Source: Treponema sp. (GTDB lineage: Bacteria > Spirochaetota > Spirochaetia > Treponematales > Treponemataceae). From it: a stretch of DNA of 55,020 nt. This document shows positions 1 through 9,449 of this stretch, one piece after another; within the stretch, counting starts at the first letter, position 1, and every line of letters begins with the position of its first letter. Under the pieces are notes generated by a model that was given only the letters and a program-made list of their open reading frames with translations, made no database searches and was not told the origin of the DNA. A program made the translations under genes and the position numbers. Location: assembly GCA_045630225.1 (NCBI GenBank), contig JAZQSR010000062.1, positions 1 to 55,020 on the forward strand, in the 5' to 3' direction.

Positions 1-105
1 TCCGAAGCGGCCATCTTCAGACTGGCTGTTCTTGACCAAAAAGAAATCAGCGAGCTTCGCCGTCCCTTCTACTTTGTAGTAGAAGGGCTTTTGGCAAATA
101 ATTAA
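1..105 (+). CDS. 3' end of an unidentified protein (partial, runs off the window)
   Basis: Frame 1 is open from base 1 (SEAAIFRLAVLDQKEISELRRPFYFVVEGLLANN) to TAA at 103-105, converging on the hemerythrin gene. Confidence 0.55.
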   Translation, partial: SEAAIFRLAVLDQKEISELRRPFYFVVEGLLANN

Positions 106-106
106 A

Positions 107-526
107 TCAACTTTCCTGTGGAGTGGCAGAAATAGCTGCAGCCAGTTTTTTGTCTTCTGAAACAATATGGTTTTGTAACCAGTCTGCCAAAAAATCATAG
201 AATTTCTCTACATCGATTTCGGAGCCACGACTGGACTCCGCCATTGTTGTAGTGATGTATGCACTAAAAGCCTTATGTTGACTTATATGAGAAGAGGCAT
301 CTTCATACTGTGTATCTCTCATAAGTTTTTCTTCGCACGTGAAGTGATAATTAATGTAAGCAGCACACTCTTGCAAAATTACGCTTGCACCGCTATCCCT
401 CACCTCTTGTGGAAGCATAGTTAACTCATACAACTCTTGAACCAGTTCAAACAGCCGCTTGTGCTGACTGTCAATCATGGAATGCCCCACATTAAAACTA
501 TCATCCCATGTAATATGTTTCACCAT
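107..526 (-). CDS. Bacteriohemerythrin (single-domain hemerythrin)
   Basis: W-x4-VG-xx-ID-x-QH start, HFxxEE, HxxxH and WLxxHIxxED di-iron ligand pattern. Confidence 0.92.
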   Translation of the reverse strand: MVKHITWDDSFNVGHSMIDSQHKRLFELVQELYELTMLPQEVRDSGASVILQECAAYINYHFTCEEKLMRDTQYEDASSHISQHKAFSAYITTTMAESSRGSEIDVEKFYDFLADWLQNHIVSEDKKLAAAISATPQES

Positions 527-584
527 AAAATCCCCCTTAGCAAAAACTAAATCTCGGTTTTAAAATTATCTGAGAATTTTTCTT

Positions 585-1076
585 TCATTTGAAAGGAGCC
601 TGCAATATCCGTTGATTCCGAGAACCTCTAAATGGGAGATTCAAATCCTTTTCAGCTTCCACAAAAGGTCCATCAACTAAAACATCGATGCAAGAAAGTA
701 TTGTTTTTGTAAAAGTTGTATTGCAACGCCCTGCAACAGAAAGAATATCTTTTTCCAGAATACTTCCAGTATAACACCAAATTGTTTTTTTGGGAAACTT
801 TTGTTTTACCCGCTGCAAAAAAGGAGCCAAAACCTGCTGATTTTCTGGTTCAAAGGGTTCCCCTCCAAGAATAGTAAGGCCACTGATGTAGTCTGGTTCC
901 AGAGCAAGAAAAATTTCTTCTTCTGTGGCAGCAGTAAATTCCTGGCCATAGCAAAAATCCCAGGTTTCCTGATTAAAACAACCAGGACAGCAATTTCTGC
1001 ATCCAGAAACAAAGAGGCTCACTCGCACTCCCTCACCGTTGGCAATGTCTGTCTTCTTTATTTCACCGTAATACAT
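585..1076 (-). CDS. nrdG: Anaerobic ribonucleoside-triphosphate reductase activating protein (radical SAM)
   Basis: NGEGVRVSLFVSGC-xxx-C-xx-C radical SAM motif, GGEP, DVLVDGPF, FRGSRNQR; directly downstream of nrdD. Confidence 0.97.
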   Translation of the reverse strand: MYYGEIKKTDIANGEGVRVSLFVSGCRNCCPGCFNQETWDFCYGQEFTAATEEEIFLALEPDYISGLTILGGEPFEPENQQVLAPFLQRVKQKFPKKTIWCYTGSILEKDILSVAGRCNTTFTKTILSCIDVLVDGPFVEAEKDLNLPFRGSRNQRILQAPFK

Positions 1077-1079
1077 AGC

Positions 1080-3242
1080 CTACAGGTGTAGCACCCGCTC
1101 CTTAATTTCCTCGGTACGTCCCTGGTTCCAGTACTGGGTACCGATATATCCACAGGTTCTTCTGGCAACATTCATCTTTGTTTGGTCACGATTGCCACAG
1201 TTGGGACACTCCCACACCAGCTTTTCGTTTTCATCTGTTACAATGGCGATTTCTCCTGTGTAGTCGCAGAGCTGGCAGCAATCGCTTTTGGTGTTCAATT
1301 CAGCATACATGATGTGTTGGTAAATGTGACGCAACAAAGCCATAACGGCAGGAATATTGCCCTCCATGTTGGGCACCTCTACATAACTGATGGCACCACC
1401 GGGCGACAATTCTTGGAACTGAGACTCAAAGGTAAGCTTGCTAAAGGCATCAATAGGCTCTGTTACATGGACGTGGTAGCTATTGGTGATGTAATTTTTA
1501 TCCGTAACACCGGGAATAATGCCGAATCGCTGCTTGAGGCACTTGGCAAATTTATAGGTGGTGCTTTCCAGAGGTGTACCGTAGAGAGAAAAGGCAATGG
1601 TGGTTTCTGAGCGCCACTTGTTACAGGCATCATTCAAGTAGGAGAGAATTTCCAAGGCAAAGGGGGTGGCTTCTGGGTCAGTGTGGGGCTTACCAGTCAT
1701 GCGACGAACAGTTTCCGTCAGGCCAGCGTATCCCAAAGAAATGGTGGAATAATTATTGTACAAAAGCTTGTCGATGGGTTCTCCCTTTTTAAGACGAGCC
1801 AAAGCACCATTTTGCCACAAAATAGGAGCGGCATCAGAAAGGGTTCCTTTAAGCCGATTGTGACGGGCCATTAATGCACGACGGCATAATTCCAGCCGCT
1901 CATTAAGAATCTGCCAAAAGGCTTCCATATTGCCATCAGCAGAACAGGCCACATCCACCAAATTCAAGGTAACAACACCTTGATTAAAGCGACCGTAAAA
2001 CTTTGGTTTTCCCGCCTCATCACGATAGACCGTTAAGAAGGAACGGCAGCCCATACAGGGATAACAACAACCATCCTTAAGCTCCAGCATCTTCTTTTCT
2101 GAAATATAATCAGGCACCATCCGACGGGCGGTACACTTAGCAGCTAATTCAGAGAGATAATAGTAGGGGCTGCCTTCTTCAATATTGTCTGGCTCTAGAA
2201 CATAAATCAGTTTTGGAAAGGCGGGAGTTACCCAGTGGCCACTTTCATTCTTTACACCCTGATACCGCTGACGTAAAACCTCCTGGATAATCATGGCAAG
2301 GTCGGCCTTTTCCTGTTCATTGCGAGCTTCGTTCAGGTACATGAATACGGACACAAAGGGAGATTGGCCATTGGTGGTCATGAGAGTTACCACCTGATAC
2401 TGGATGGTTTGGACCCCACGCTGAATTTCTTCTTGCAGGCGACGGTTCACCAGATAGTCAAACTGCTGGGGAGTGTAGGTAATACCCAATTCCTTTGCAG
2501 ACTCCTCCACATCTAGGGAAATTCGCTTGCGGCTTACATCCACAAAGGGGGCAAGATGAGTGAGAGAAATGCTCTGGCCACCGTACTGACAGCTGGCAAC
2601 TTGAGCAATAATTTGTGTGGCAATATTACAAGCTGTGGAAAAGGATCGAGGTGTGTCGATGTAGGTTCCGCTGATAACGGTACCGTTTTGCAGCATATCC
2701 TCCAGATTCACCAAATCACAGTTGTGCATGTGCTGGGCAAAATAGTCGGAGTCGTGGAAATGAATAATTCCTTCTTGATGGGCCTTTACGATATCTTCAT
2801 CTAGCAAAAAACGCTTGGTAATATCCTTGCTCACCTCTCCAGCCATGTAATCACGCTGAACGCTTACCACGGTGGAATTCTTGTTGGAATTTTCCTGCTT
2901 CACTTCTTCGTTGGAGCATTCCAGCAGGGAAAGAATCTGGCGATCTGTGGAGTTGGCCTTTCGCATCAGCTCATGCTGATAACGATAGGTGATGTATTTT
3001 TTTGCAATAGAAAAACCACCAGCCTTCATAATTTCTTCTTCCACCAAATCCTGAATGGCTTCTACATTCATGGCGGTGTGACTTTGATAGCAAGCCTGAG
3101 CAACATTTTCTGCCAGAACTTGAATTGTTTCTGGGGATAGTTGCTCCTTCAGAGGAACCTCTTGGTTTGCCTTGGAAATAGCAACTTGAATCTTTGTGAG
3201 ATCAAAAGCCACTTCTTCACCATTCCGCTTGATAATGTTCAT
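1080..3242 (-). CDS. nrdD: Class III anaerobic ribonucleoside-triphosphate reductase
   Basis: N-terminal ATP cone (IIKRNG), GGQS, MGCRS catalytic Cys, C-terminal CxxC...CxxC zinc site and RRTCGY glycyl-radical loop. Confidence 0.98.
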   Translation of the reverse strand: MNIIKRNGEEVAFDLTKIQVAISKANQEVPLKEQLSPETIQVLAENVAQACYQSHTAMNVEAIQDLVEEEIMKAGGFSIAKKYITYRYQHELMRKANSTDRQILSLLECSNEEVKQENSNKNSTVVSVQRDYMAGEVSKDITKRFLLDEDIVKAHQEGIIHFHDSDYFAQHMHNCDLVNLEDMLQNGTVISGTYIDTPRSFSTACNIATQIIAQVASCQYGGQSISLTHLAPFVDVSRKRISLDVEESAKELGITYTPQQFDYLVNRRLQEEIQRGVQTIQYQVVTLMTTNGQSPFVSVFMYLNEARNEQEKADLAMIIQEVLRQRYQGVKNESGHWVTPAFPKLIYVLEPDNIEEGSPYYYLSELAAKCTARRMVPDYISEKKMLELKDGCCYPCMGCRSFLTVYRDEAGKPKFYGRFNQGVVTLNLVDVACSADGNMEAFWQILNERLELCRRALMARHNRLKGTLSDAAPILWQNGALARLKKGEPIDKLLYNNYSTISLGYAGLTETVRRMTGKPHTDPEATPFALEILSYLNDACNKWRSETTIAFSLYGTPLESTTYKFAKCLKQRFGIIPGVTDKNYITNSYHVHVTEPIDAFSKLTFESQFQELSPGGAISYVEVPNMEGNIPAVMALLRHIYQHIMYAELNTKSDCCQLCDYTGEIAIVTDENEKLVWECPNCGNRDQTKMNVARRTCGYIGTQYWNQGRTEEIKERVLHL

Positions 3243-3289
3243 AGTACACCTCTAAATATGCTGAAATAATTAATGTAGGAGAATATAAA

Positions 3290-3321
3290 ACCACATATCT
3301 AGTGTACACTAGATATGTGGT
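3290..3321. promoter_or_regulatory. Perfect 32-bp palindrome made of two abutting NrdR-box-like 16-mers upstream of nrdD
   Basis: ACCACATATCTAGTGT|ACACTAGATATGTGGT; each half resembles the NrdR consensus acaCwAtATaTwGtgt; lies 48 bp upstream of the nrdD start. Confidence 0.7.
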
Positions 3322-3413
3322 CATTAAGAAGAGAATATACTACTGATAGTGTTTTATGTCAATAAAAAAAGGACGATTTATTGGTTCATTACAAATGAGC
3401 CAACAGCACGGAA

Positions 3414-3845
3414 TTACTCACCGTATAAAAACATACGGATATGTTCACCCAGCTTTTTATCCTCCGCAGTAATGTGCTGTACTAGCCAATTTGCCAAGAA
3501 GGAATATAATTGCACTAAGTCAATCTTTTTTTCCGTAGAAAAATCTCCCAGCAAGGTAGAAACATACTGATTGAATTCCTGATGCTGCTGAAGGTGAGCC
3601 TTTCGTGATTCACCTTCGAATTCAACCTCTTCCATCAAACATTCTTCATTGGAAAAGTGAAAAAGCACGTATTCAACACATTCTTGCAACAGTGACTCAA
3701 TGTGAGAAGACTCACAAGAAAGATCTGCATCCAACACGTTGTACAATTTGTCAGCCAGCTCAAACAAGTGCATGTGCTGCTTGTCAATCATTGGATGCCC
3801 AACACGATAACTATCATCCCATGGGATATGTTCCACTTTAGACAT
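3414..3845 (-). CDS. Bacteriohemerythrin (second copy)
   Basis: PWDDSYRVGHPMIDKQH, HFSNEE, HLQQH and WLVQHITAED ligand pattern. Confidence 0.92.
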   Translation of the reverse strand: MSKVEHIPWDDSYRVGHPMIDKQHMHLFELADKLYNVLDADLSCESSHIESLLQECVEYVLFHFSNEECLMEEVEFEGESRKAHLQQHQEFNQYVSTLLGDFSTEKKIDLVQLYSFLANWLVQHITAEDKKLGEHIRMFLYGE

Positions 3846-3917
3846 TTCTAAAATACCTCCTTTTTATTGCCCCATTTCCATAAAATTTGTATAAAGGAAA
3901 TTAACTCTCCTCACATT

Positions 3918-5984
3918 CTACATCAACTTAAATTGCTTTAGAATCGAATCCAGGACAGTAATAGATACCTTTGTTTGGTAAACTTTATCCGCTACCACTT
4001 GAGCAGTATTACTAATCTTTTGTATCCCTCTATCCATAGCACCAATGCTATTTGAAACAGTATAGGAAATAGATGAAAGATGATCTGCTGAACTATTCAG
4101 TTCCTCAATATGCCCAGACATTTCACTTGAAGTCTGGCGGACTTCTGTACTGGTATGATTCATATTTCTCAGAGATTCCAGCACTTGTTTGGAAACATCC
4201 TGCTGTTCTTCCATGGCATAATTAATCTCTCGAACAAGATTTTCTGTACTGGAAACCTTATTGCTAATTTCTTGGAATTCAGTTGCAGAAATAGAAGATG
4301 TTGCTACAACCTCATTGATTGTGGCCGTAATTCCATTCAATTCATTTTTTATGGCCTTAGACTGAGAAGCAGCAGTTTCTGCCAATTTGCGGATTTCATC
4401 TGCAACCACTGCAAATCCCTTTCCAGCCTCACCAGCATGGGCAGCCTCAATGGCAGCATTCATTGCCAGCAAATTTGTTTGACTTGCTATTTGAGAGATA
4501 ACATTATTTGCCTCACCTAGGTGCTGAGACTGTTCTGCCATAGCATCAACCTGTCGTACTACATCCCTCTGCCGCTGCCGACCAGCTTCAGTTATGCTAA
4601 TGAGCGTCTCATATTCTTTTGCCATCTTTTCCACAGAATGCGATACAGAACTAATATTTCCAACCATCTGCTCTATTGCTGAGGAAGAATTCATAATATC
4701 ATCTGACTGATACTGAATAAGATTATCTAACTTTCTTACAGCACCAATGTTGGTTTGGAGCAATTGGCGGACATTGTCCATAGCCTTGTTCTGTAACTCC
4801 ACCTGCTGATTTACACCCGCAATGTTACTGAAAATTTCCTGGGAGGAATGAGTTGTCTCTTCCGCTGAATCCGCAAGAATATCTGCATTCTCAGTAATGG
4901 TATCACTAGATTTTCGCACATCCAGCATTATCTTTTGCTGTGTCTCGATGAACTGATTTACCTGTCCACACATTACCCCTATCTCATCTTCCCGTTGTAC
5001 CTCAATACGATAGGTCAAATCAGATATGTCCTCACCACCATTAAGCCGATAAAATCCACCAATAGTTCCCTTAATGGGATTCAAAACCAGCACCCTCATC
5101 ATGATATCGATGACAATCGCAACAATAAACAATAATATGGCTTCTTCAAAAACGGAAACACCAGCGATAAGAAAATATGATTTCCTAATATCTGTAATAT
5201 CTTTACCAGGTACGAATATTATATCCTCTTGCCCCACTAGTTCAGGAGCAGAAAGTTTTTGATATACGGCTAAAAATTGTTGTCCATCCACAGAGGTAAG
5301 TCCAATGTAGCTCCCTTCAGAAACAATCTTCTCCTCGATGGTTGAATTTATGATTACAGAATCAGATCCTCCCACAACAGTTGTGCCTATTCGCTCTGAA
5401 CCAAGATACAAGCTACAAAAGGTATGTGGAATGCTGATAACATCTGATAAAAATTCCTTTGAGGTTAAATCCCGCTCCAGCAAAAACAGTATAGTTTCCG
5501 TTTCCCACACCATAGAAGCAACACAGGCACTGACAATTTTACCATTACCAGAAACGATATAAGATTTTACTGCTCCAGCTACAGCCTCTTCTATGGCATT
5601 TTTTTCAACTGATAACGAAAAATCATCTGGTTCCACAGCCACAATAATATTACCACGTGAATTCAAAACCGCCATGTTTGACAAGTTATTTGCGTAACAA
5701 AATTCCTTCAACCAATCTTGAGAAGAAGCAAGATCATCTACATATTTTTTGGGAGCACTGACAGGTGAAAGAAGAAAATCCATCGTGTTTTCCAGATGAA
5801 CTCGCTCTTCATGTGCCTTTTCAAGAAATAAATCAGTCATAAGAGTTATGTCTTGAATCTCAAAATCAATCATTTGATTCTTTACTTGGTTATACGTCAG
5901 TATTGAAAGCACTACCAATCCCAGTAATATAATTCCATGAATTGTCAAGGTTATCCGGAGAACTAGCTTATTCTTTAGTTTCAT
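3918..5984 (-). CDS. Methyl-accepting chemotaxis protein (two TM helices, periplasmic sensor, HAMP)
   Basis: [38 protein letters not shown] signalling hairpin; DEIG HAMP motif; two hydrophobic segments. Confidence 0.96.
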   Translation of the reverse strand: MKLKNKLVLRITLTIHGIILLGLVVLSILTYNQVKNQMIDFEIQDITLMTDLFLEKAHEERVHLENTMDFLLSPVSAPKKYVDDLASSQDWLKEFCYANNLSNMAVLNSRGNIIVAVEPDDFSLSVEKNAIEEAVAGAVKSYIVSGNGKIVSACVASMVWETETILFLLERDLTSKEFLSDVISIPHTFCSLYLGSERIGTTVVGGSDSVIINSTIEEKIVSEGSYIGLTSVDGQQFLAVYQKLSAPELVGQEDIIFVPGKDITDIRKSYFLIAGVSVFEEAILLFIVAIVIDIMMRVLVLNPIKGTIGGFYRLNGGEDISDLTYRIEVQREDEIGVMCGQVNQFIETQQKIMLDVRKSSDTITENADILADSAEETTHSSQEIFSNIAGVNQQVELQNKAMDNVRQLLQTNIGAVRKLDNLIQYQSDDIMNSSSAIEQMVGNISSVSHSVEKMAKEYETLISITEAGRQRQRDVVRQVDAMAEQSQHLGEANNVISQIASQTNLLAMNAAIEAAHAGEAGKGFAVVADEIRKLAETAASQSKAIKNELNGITATINEVVATSSISATEFQEISNKVSSTENLVREINYAMEEQQDVSKQVLESLRNMNHTSTEVRQTSSEMSGHIEELNSSADHLSSISYTVSNSIGAMDRGIQKISNTAQVVADKVYQTKVSITVLDSILKQFKLM

Positions 5985-6172
5985 CTATACCACCTTTGAT
6001 ATATCTACCTCTGTATGAAAAGCAAGTAAAAAATTGTGGAAAAGAGATATTAACATAAATGATTTTAACATAATTTAAAAAAATGTCAAAGAATATTTTC
6101 TTCTATTACCGATACTTATCTCCTTTGATATCATAATGAGGACAGAATTTTTCATAATTTGATTCAGAAATT

Positions 6173-7609
6173 CTACGATTTATATAGCTTTATCACTAGG
6201 GCGCCACTTTTTTTGTCTTGCCGAGGAGAGCGTGGTTCCTGCACATGAAGCAATGCACCGGGAGCCAGACTTGTGGCAGTTTCCACCAGCACCAAACCTA
6301 GCCGACAACAACCATAATGACCACTTCGTTCTCCGGGCAATTTAATGGGCTCAGAAATAATACGAATTTCCAACTGATTTTCTTTTACACCAGAATTTAC
6401 AGCAGAAGATGAAGCTAGAACAAAGGCCAAACTGGCTCTTTCTTTTGGAAGCCCTGCACGAGAAGACAATTTTTGCAATTTTTGGGGAGCATCCTCGGTG
6501 GAAAAGGTAAAGTGACACCACTTGTTTCCACGGCCACCGTCCATGGGACAAGGACAACCCTTACCTTCCGCTGTACCTGCTGTCCACTCCATGCCCTTAG
6601 GACAGGGAGAAACAACATTCAGGCCCTTTCGAGCCAAGGCTCCACGAAAAGCTGTAAGGAACCGAACAGCAGGTGGAGTTCCTGGCTCCACCACCAGCAC
6701 CTGGGCAGAAACTTCTTTGTAGTGCATGATGATATCGGCAGCACGTTTGGCGGTAAACTCTGGTGGCTTACCAGATTCTTCCACCACCTCGTTAAAGACA
6801 TTTGCCGCCGTTACCAAGTGAGTTCGTTGTCGCACAGCTTCTCCCAGCTCTCCCTTCACCCGAATGATTCGCCACGGCTCCAGCGATTTTTGCCCCGAAG
6901 CTAAATCAGCAATGCTCCGGGCCGAAGCTAAATCAGCGATGGTTCGGGCGGCAATGGCAAGGTAGAGTTCTTCACCAAGAGACAGGGCTGTTTGGGAATG
7001 ATCAAGACAATACCAAGTCAGTTTTTTTTCTCGTAAATCGGGACGAGCAAGCCACAGGGCAATGGGCACTGTCAATGGGCCAGAGCCTATGTCAAGACAA
7101 ATGCCATTGTCAGGCACATTCAGCTGGCTCGGCTTCAGCCCCGCAAAAAGCCGAGTGAGTCGCAAAAGATTCCACCACTGGAAGTACCGCATATAAGCTG
7201 AAAGATAAACCGTGTCGTTCAAATAGCCCATTCTGCGGCCGCCACGCTGGTCTGTCAGCAGGTGGGACACATCACGAATATTTTCTGGTAAACGCAGTAG
7301 CTGGCGAGAAGAAAGGGGCCGCACCCCCTGGACAAGGGTCTCAAAGTTTTCCAAAATCTGGCGACTTTCTGCAGGAAGCTCTGGCAACAATTCTTCCACA
7401 AGGGATTTTTTGAAAGCATCCTTTGAGCCAGCATGGGAAGGAGCCTTTGCACCAGTTGGAACAGTTCCTGAGGGAAGTTGATTTTTACTAGAAATCCTTT
7501 TTGAAAGTGAAGCCTCTTTTTTGGAAGGGAAAGTTGATTTTTTTCCAGCTTTTTCCTGAAAATTTCCTGCCCCACCACGCTTTTCCACAGTTGATTTATT
7601 TTTTGCCAC
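6173..7609 (-). CDS. SAM-dependent methyltransferase, Rsm22-like (small ribosomal subunit) family
   Basis: CLDIGSGP motif I, VLVVEPGTP, and PC...CP...WCHF cysteine cluster typical of Rsm22/METTL17. Confidence 0.75.
   Translation of the reverse strand: MAKNKSTVEKRGGAGNFQEKAGKKSTFPSKKEASLSKRISSKNQLPSGTVPTGAKAPSHAGSKDAFKKSLVEELLPELPAESRQILENFETLVQGVRPLSSRQLLRLPENIRDVSHLLTDQRGGRRMGYLNDTVYLSAYMRYFQWWNLLRLTRLFAGLKPSQLNVPDNGICLDIGSGPLTVPIALWLARPDLREKKLTWYCLDHSQTALSLGEELYLAIAARTIADLASARSIADLASGQKSLEPWRIIRVKGELGEAVRQRTHLVTAANVFNEVVEESGKPPEFTAKRAADIIMHYKEVSAQVLVVEPGTPPAVRFLTAFRGALARKGLNVVSPCPKGMEWTAGTAEGKGCPCPMDGGRGNKWCHFTFSTEDAPQKLQKLSSRAGLPKERASLAFVLASSSAVNSGVKENQLEIRIISEPIKLPGERSGHYGCCRLGLVLVETATSLAPGALLHVQEPRSPRQDKKSGALVIKLYKS
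6895..6948. repeat. In-frame 27-bp tandem duplication inside the methyltransferase gene
   Basis: ccgaagctaaatcagcaatgctccggg / ccgaagctaaatcagcgatggttcggg; protein reads ARTIADLAS-ARSIADLAS. Confidence 0.85.
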
Positions 7610-7958
7610 CAGCAGTTCCTCCTGGTCTACGATATTTTTTCACAAGTAAATACAAGTCCGTGAGACTTGAACGTATTTCACTGATTGATTCCAAGGCAGA
7701 GGATAATTCCTGATTAGAAGAAACGTAGGATGCAGCCTGCTTAATCATTTCTGAGCGGGCTCCTTCGATGGTAAAACGTCGCTCCTGAATCAGGTATTTC
7801 AGCCGCATGATGGTCTGAAAATCCCGCTGGGAATAGACACGTCGTCCCCCAAGATCCTTTTTTGGGGCAAGACTGGGAATCACCTCTTCCCAGTACCGCA
7901 ACACGTGAGCCTTGATTCCTGTCAGTTCCTCCATCTCGCCAATGGAATAGGAAGCCAC
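7596..7958 (-). CDS. MerR-family transcriptional regulator
   Basis: YSIGEMEELTGIKAHVLRYWE...GGRRVYS MerR HTH. Confidence 0.9.
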   Translation of the reverse strand: MASYSIGEMEELTGIKAHVLRYWEEVIPSLAPKKDLGGRRVYSQRDFQTIMRLKYLIQERRFTIEGARSEMIKQAASYVSSNQELSSALESISEIRSSLTDLYLLVKKYRRPGGTAGGKK

Positions 7959-9427
7959 TAAAATTTCTCCCTATCTTCCCATTTCTGACGACTTGCCTTC
8001 AGCTCCAGCAACACGGGGATTTTGTCAAAGCCCAAGTCGCTACGAATCTTATTCTTGATGTAGGCCAAGTAGGAGTCGGAAACAACTTCTGGGCGACTGG
8101 CAAAAATCAAGAAGCTGACGGGATTGGATGAAGTCTGCACCATGTACCGCATCTTGAAGTGGGCGGTACGGCTGGCTGGAGGTGGATAAGCGGAAACCCA
8201 ATCCTTCAGGGCAAGATTCAAGCTACCAGTGTCGATTTTACGGTGGAGCTGAGCCTGCATTTCCAGTGCCATGTTCAAAAGCTCCTGCATTCCCTTGCCT
8301 TCTAGTGCAGAAATAGCAATGACGGGGGCATAGTTCATGTGACCAAACATAATACGGATATTTTCTTCGGCCTTACGTAAGGCTGCACGACCCTGCTCCT
8401 GAGTATCCCACTTGTTCAAGACAAAAATCACACCACGACCTCTATCATGGGCAAGGGCAGCAATCTTCTTGTCCTGGTCCGACAAGCCCTCCTGGGCATC
8501 AATCATCAGGAAGACAACCTCCGCCCTATCCAGTGTCTTGATGGCTCGGTTCACGGAGTAATACTCCACGTTTTCCTTTACCTTTGCCTTTCGCCGAATT
8601 CCCGCTGTATCCAGCACCTGAAAATTCCGTCCCTTGTACTGAAAGCTTCCTTCCACCACGTCACGGGTAGTTCCAGCATAATCGCAAACAATGGAAGCTT
8701 CGGTGTGGGTAAGGCGGTTGGCCAAGGTGGATTTTCCAGTGTTTGGCTTTCCCATAATGGCAATGCGAACAGGCTCACCGCCTTCGTCTTCTTCTACTGC
8801 AGAAAAATCAAGGCGGGAAATCAGCTGGTCTTTAAGCTCCGAAATGCGGTCTCCATGTTCGGCAGAAATCAATAGCAGGGAATCAAAGCCAAAACGCATG
8901 TAGTTCCAGGCCTCTTCTTCCAGCCGTCCACCTTCTGTCTTGTTTACTGTGGCAATTACCTTTTTCCAGAAGGGACGCAGCAACTTGATAAATTCCTCGT
9001 CCTCCCCAGTAATAAGTCCAGCGTCCAGCAACAGCAGGATTACATCGGCCCTTTCCAGAGCCTTGAGACTTTGTTCTACAACAAGCTCGTCCATCACCGC
9101 TTCCATGGAACCGATGTCTCTATCCAGCTTGAATCCGCCAGTGTCCATGAGATTTACAGGATATCCGTTGATAAATGCCGTTTCTTGAATGGGATCTCTG
9201 GTAACACCAGGTGTGGGGTCAGTAATGGCACGGCGACGGTGCAACAAGCGATTGAACAGGGTGGATTTTCCCACATTTGGGCGCCCCGCAATCACCACTA
9301 AGGGCAGGTTTTTGTATTTCTTGTCCCGACTAAAGCCAGTGCCCTCAAAATCAAAGGAAACATCCTCCTGATTTTCCAGCTCCATCATTTCATCTTGTTT
9401 ATCTTTCTTAGAAAATTTCTTTCCCAT
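7958..9427 (-). CDS. der: Ribosome biogenesis GTPase Der (EngA)
   Basis: Two tandem G domains (GRPNVGKSTL/DTGG/NKTE and GKPNTGKSTL/DTAG/NKWD) plus a KH-like tail. Confidence 0.97.
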   Translation of the reverse strand: MGKKFSKKDKQDEMMELENQEDVSFDFEGTGFSRDKKYKNLPLVVIAGRPNVGKSTLFNRLLHRRRAITDPTPGVTRDPIQETAFINGYPVNLMDTGGFKLDRDIGSMEAVMDELVVEQSLKALERADVILLLLDAGLITGEDEEFIKLLRPFWKKVIATVNKTEGGRLEEEAWNYMRFGFDSLLLISAEHGDRISELKDQLISRLDFSAVEEDEGGEPVRIAIMGKPNTGKSTLANRLTHTEASIVCDYAGTTRDVVEGSFQYKGRNFQVLDTAGIRRKAKVKENVEYYSVNRAIKTLDRAEVVFLMIDAQEGLSDQDKKIAALAHDRGRGVIFVLNKWDTQEQGRAALRKAEENIRIMFGHMNYAPVIAISALEGKGMQELLNMALEMQAQLHRKIDTGSLNLALKDWVSAYPPPASRTAHFKMRYMVQTSSNPVSFLIFASRPEVVSDSYLAYIKNKIRSDLGFDKIPVLLELKASRQKWEDREKF

Positions 9428-9449
9428 AGCAGTTTTTTACTCCTTGATT

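Noticed and set aside
1080-3242. Intein or intron in nrdD
   Set aside because: The ORF is continuous and of normal length with no splicing motifs
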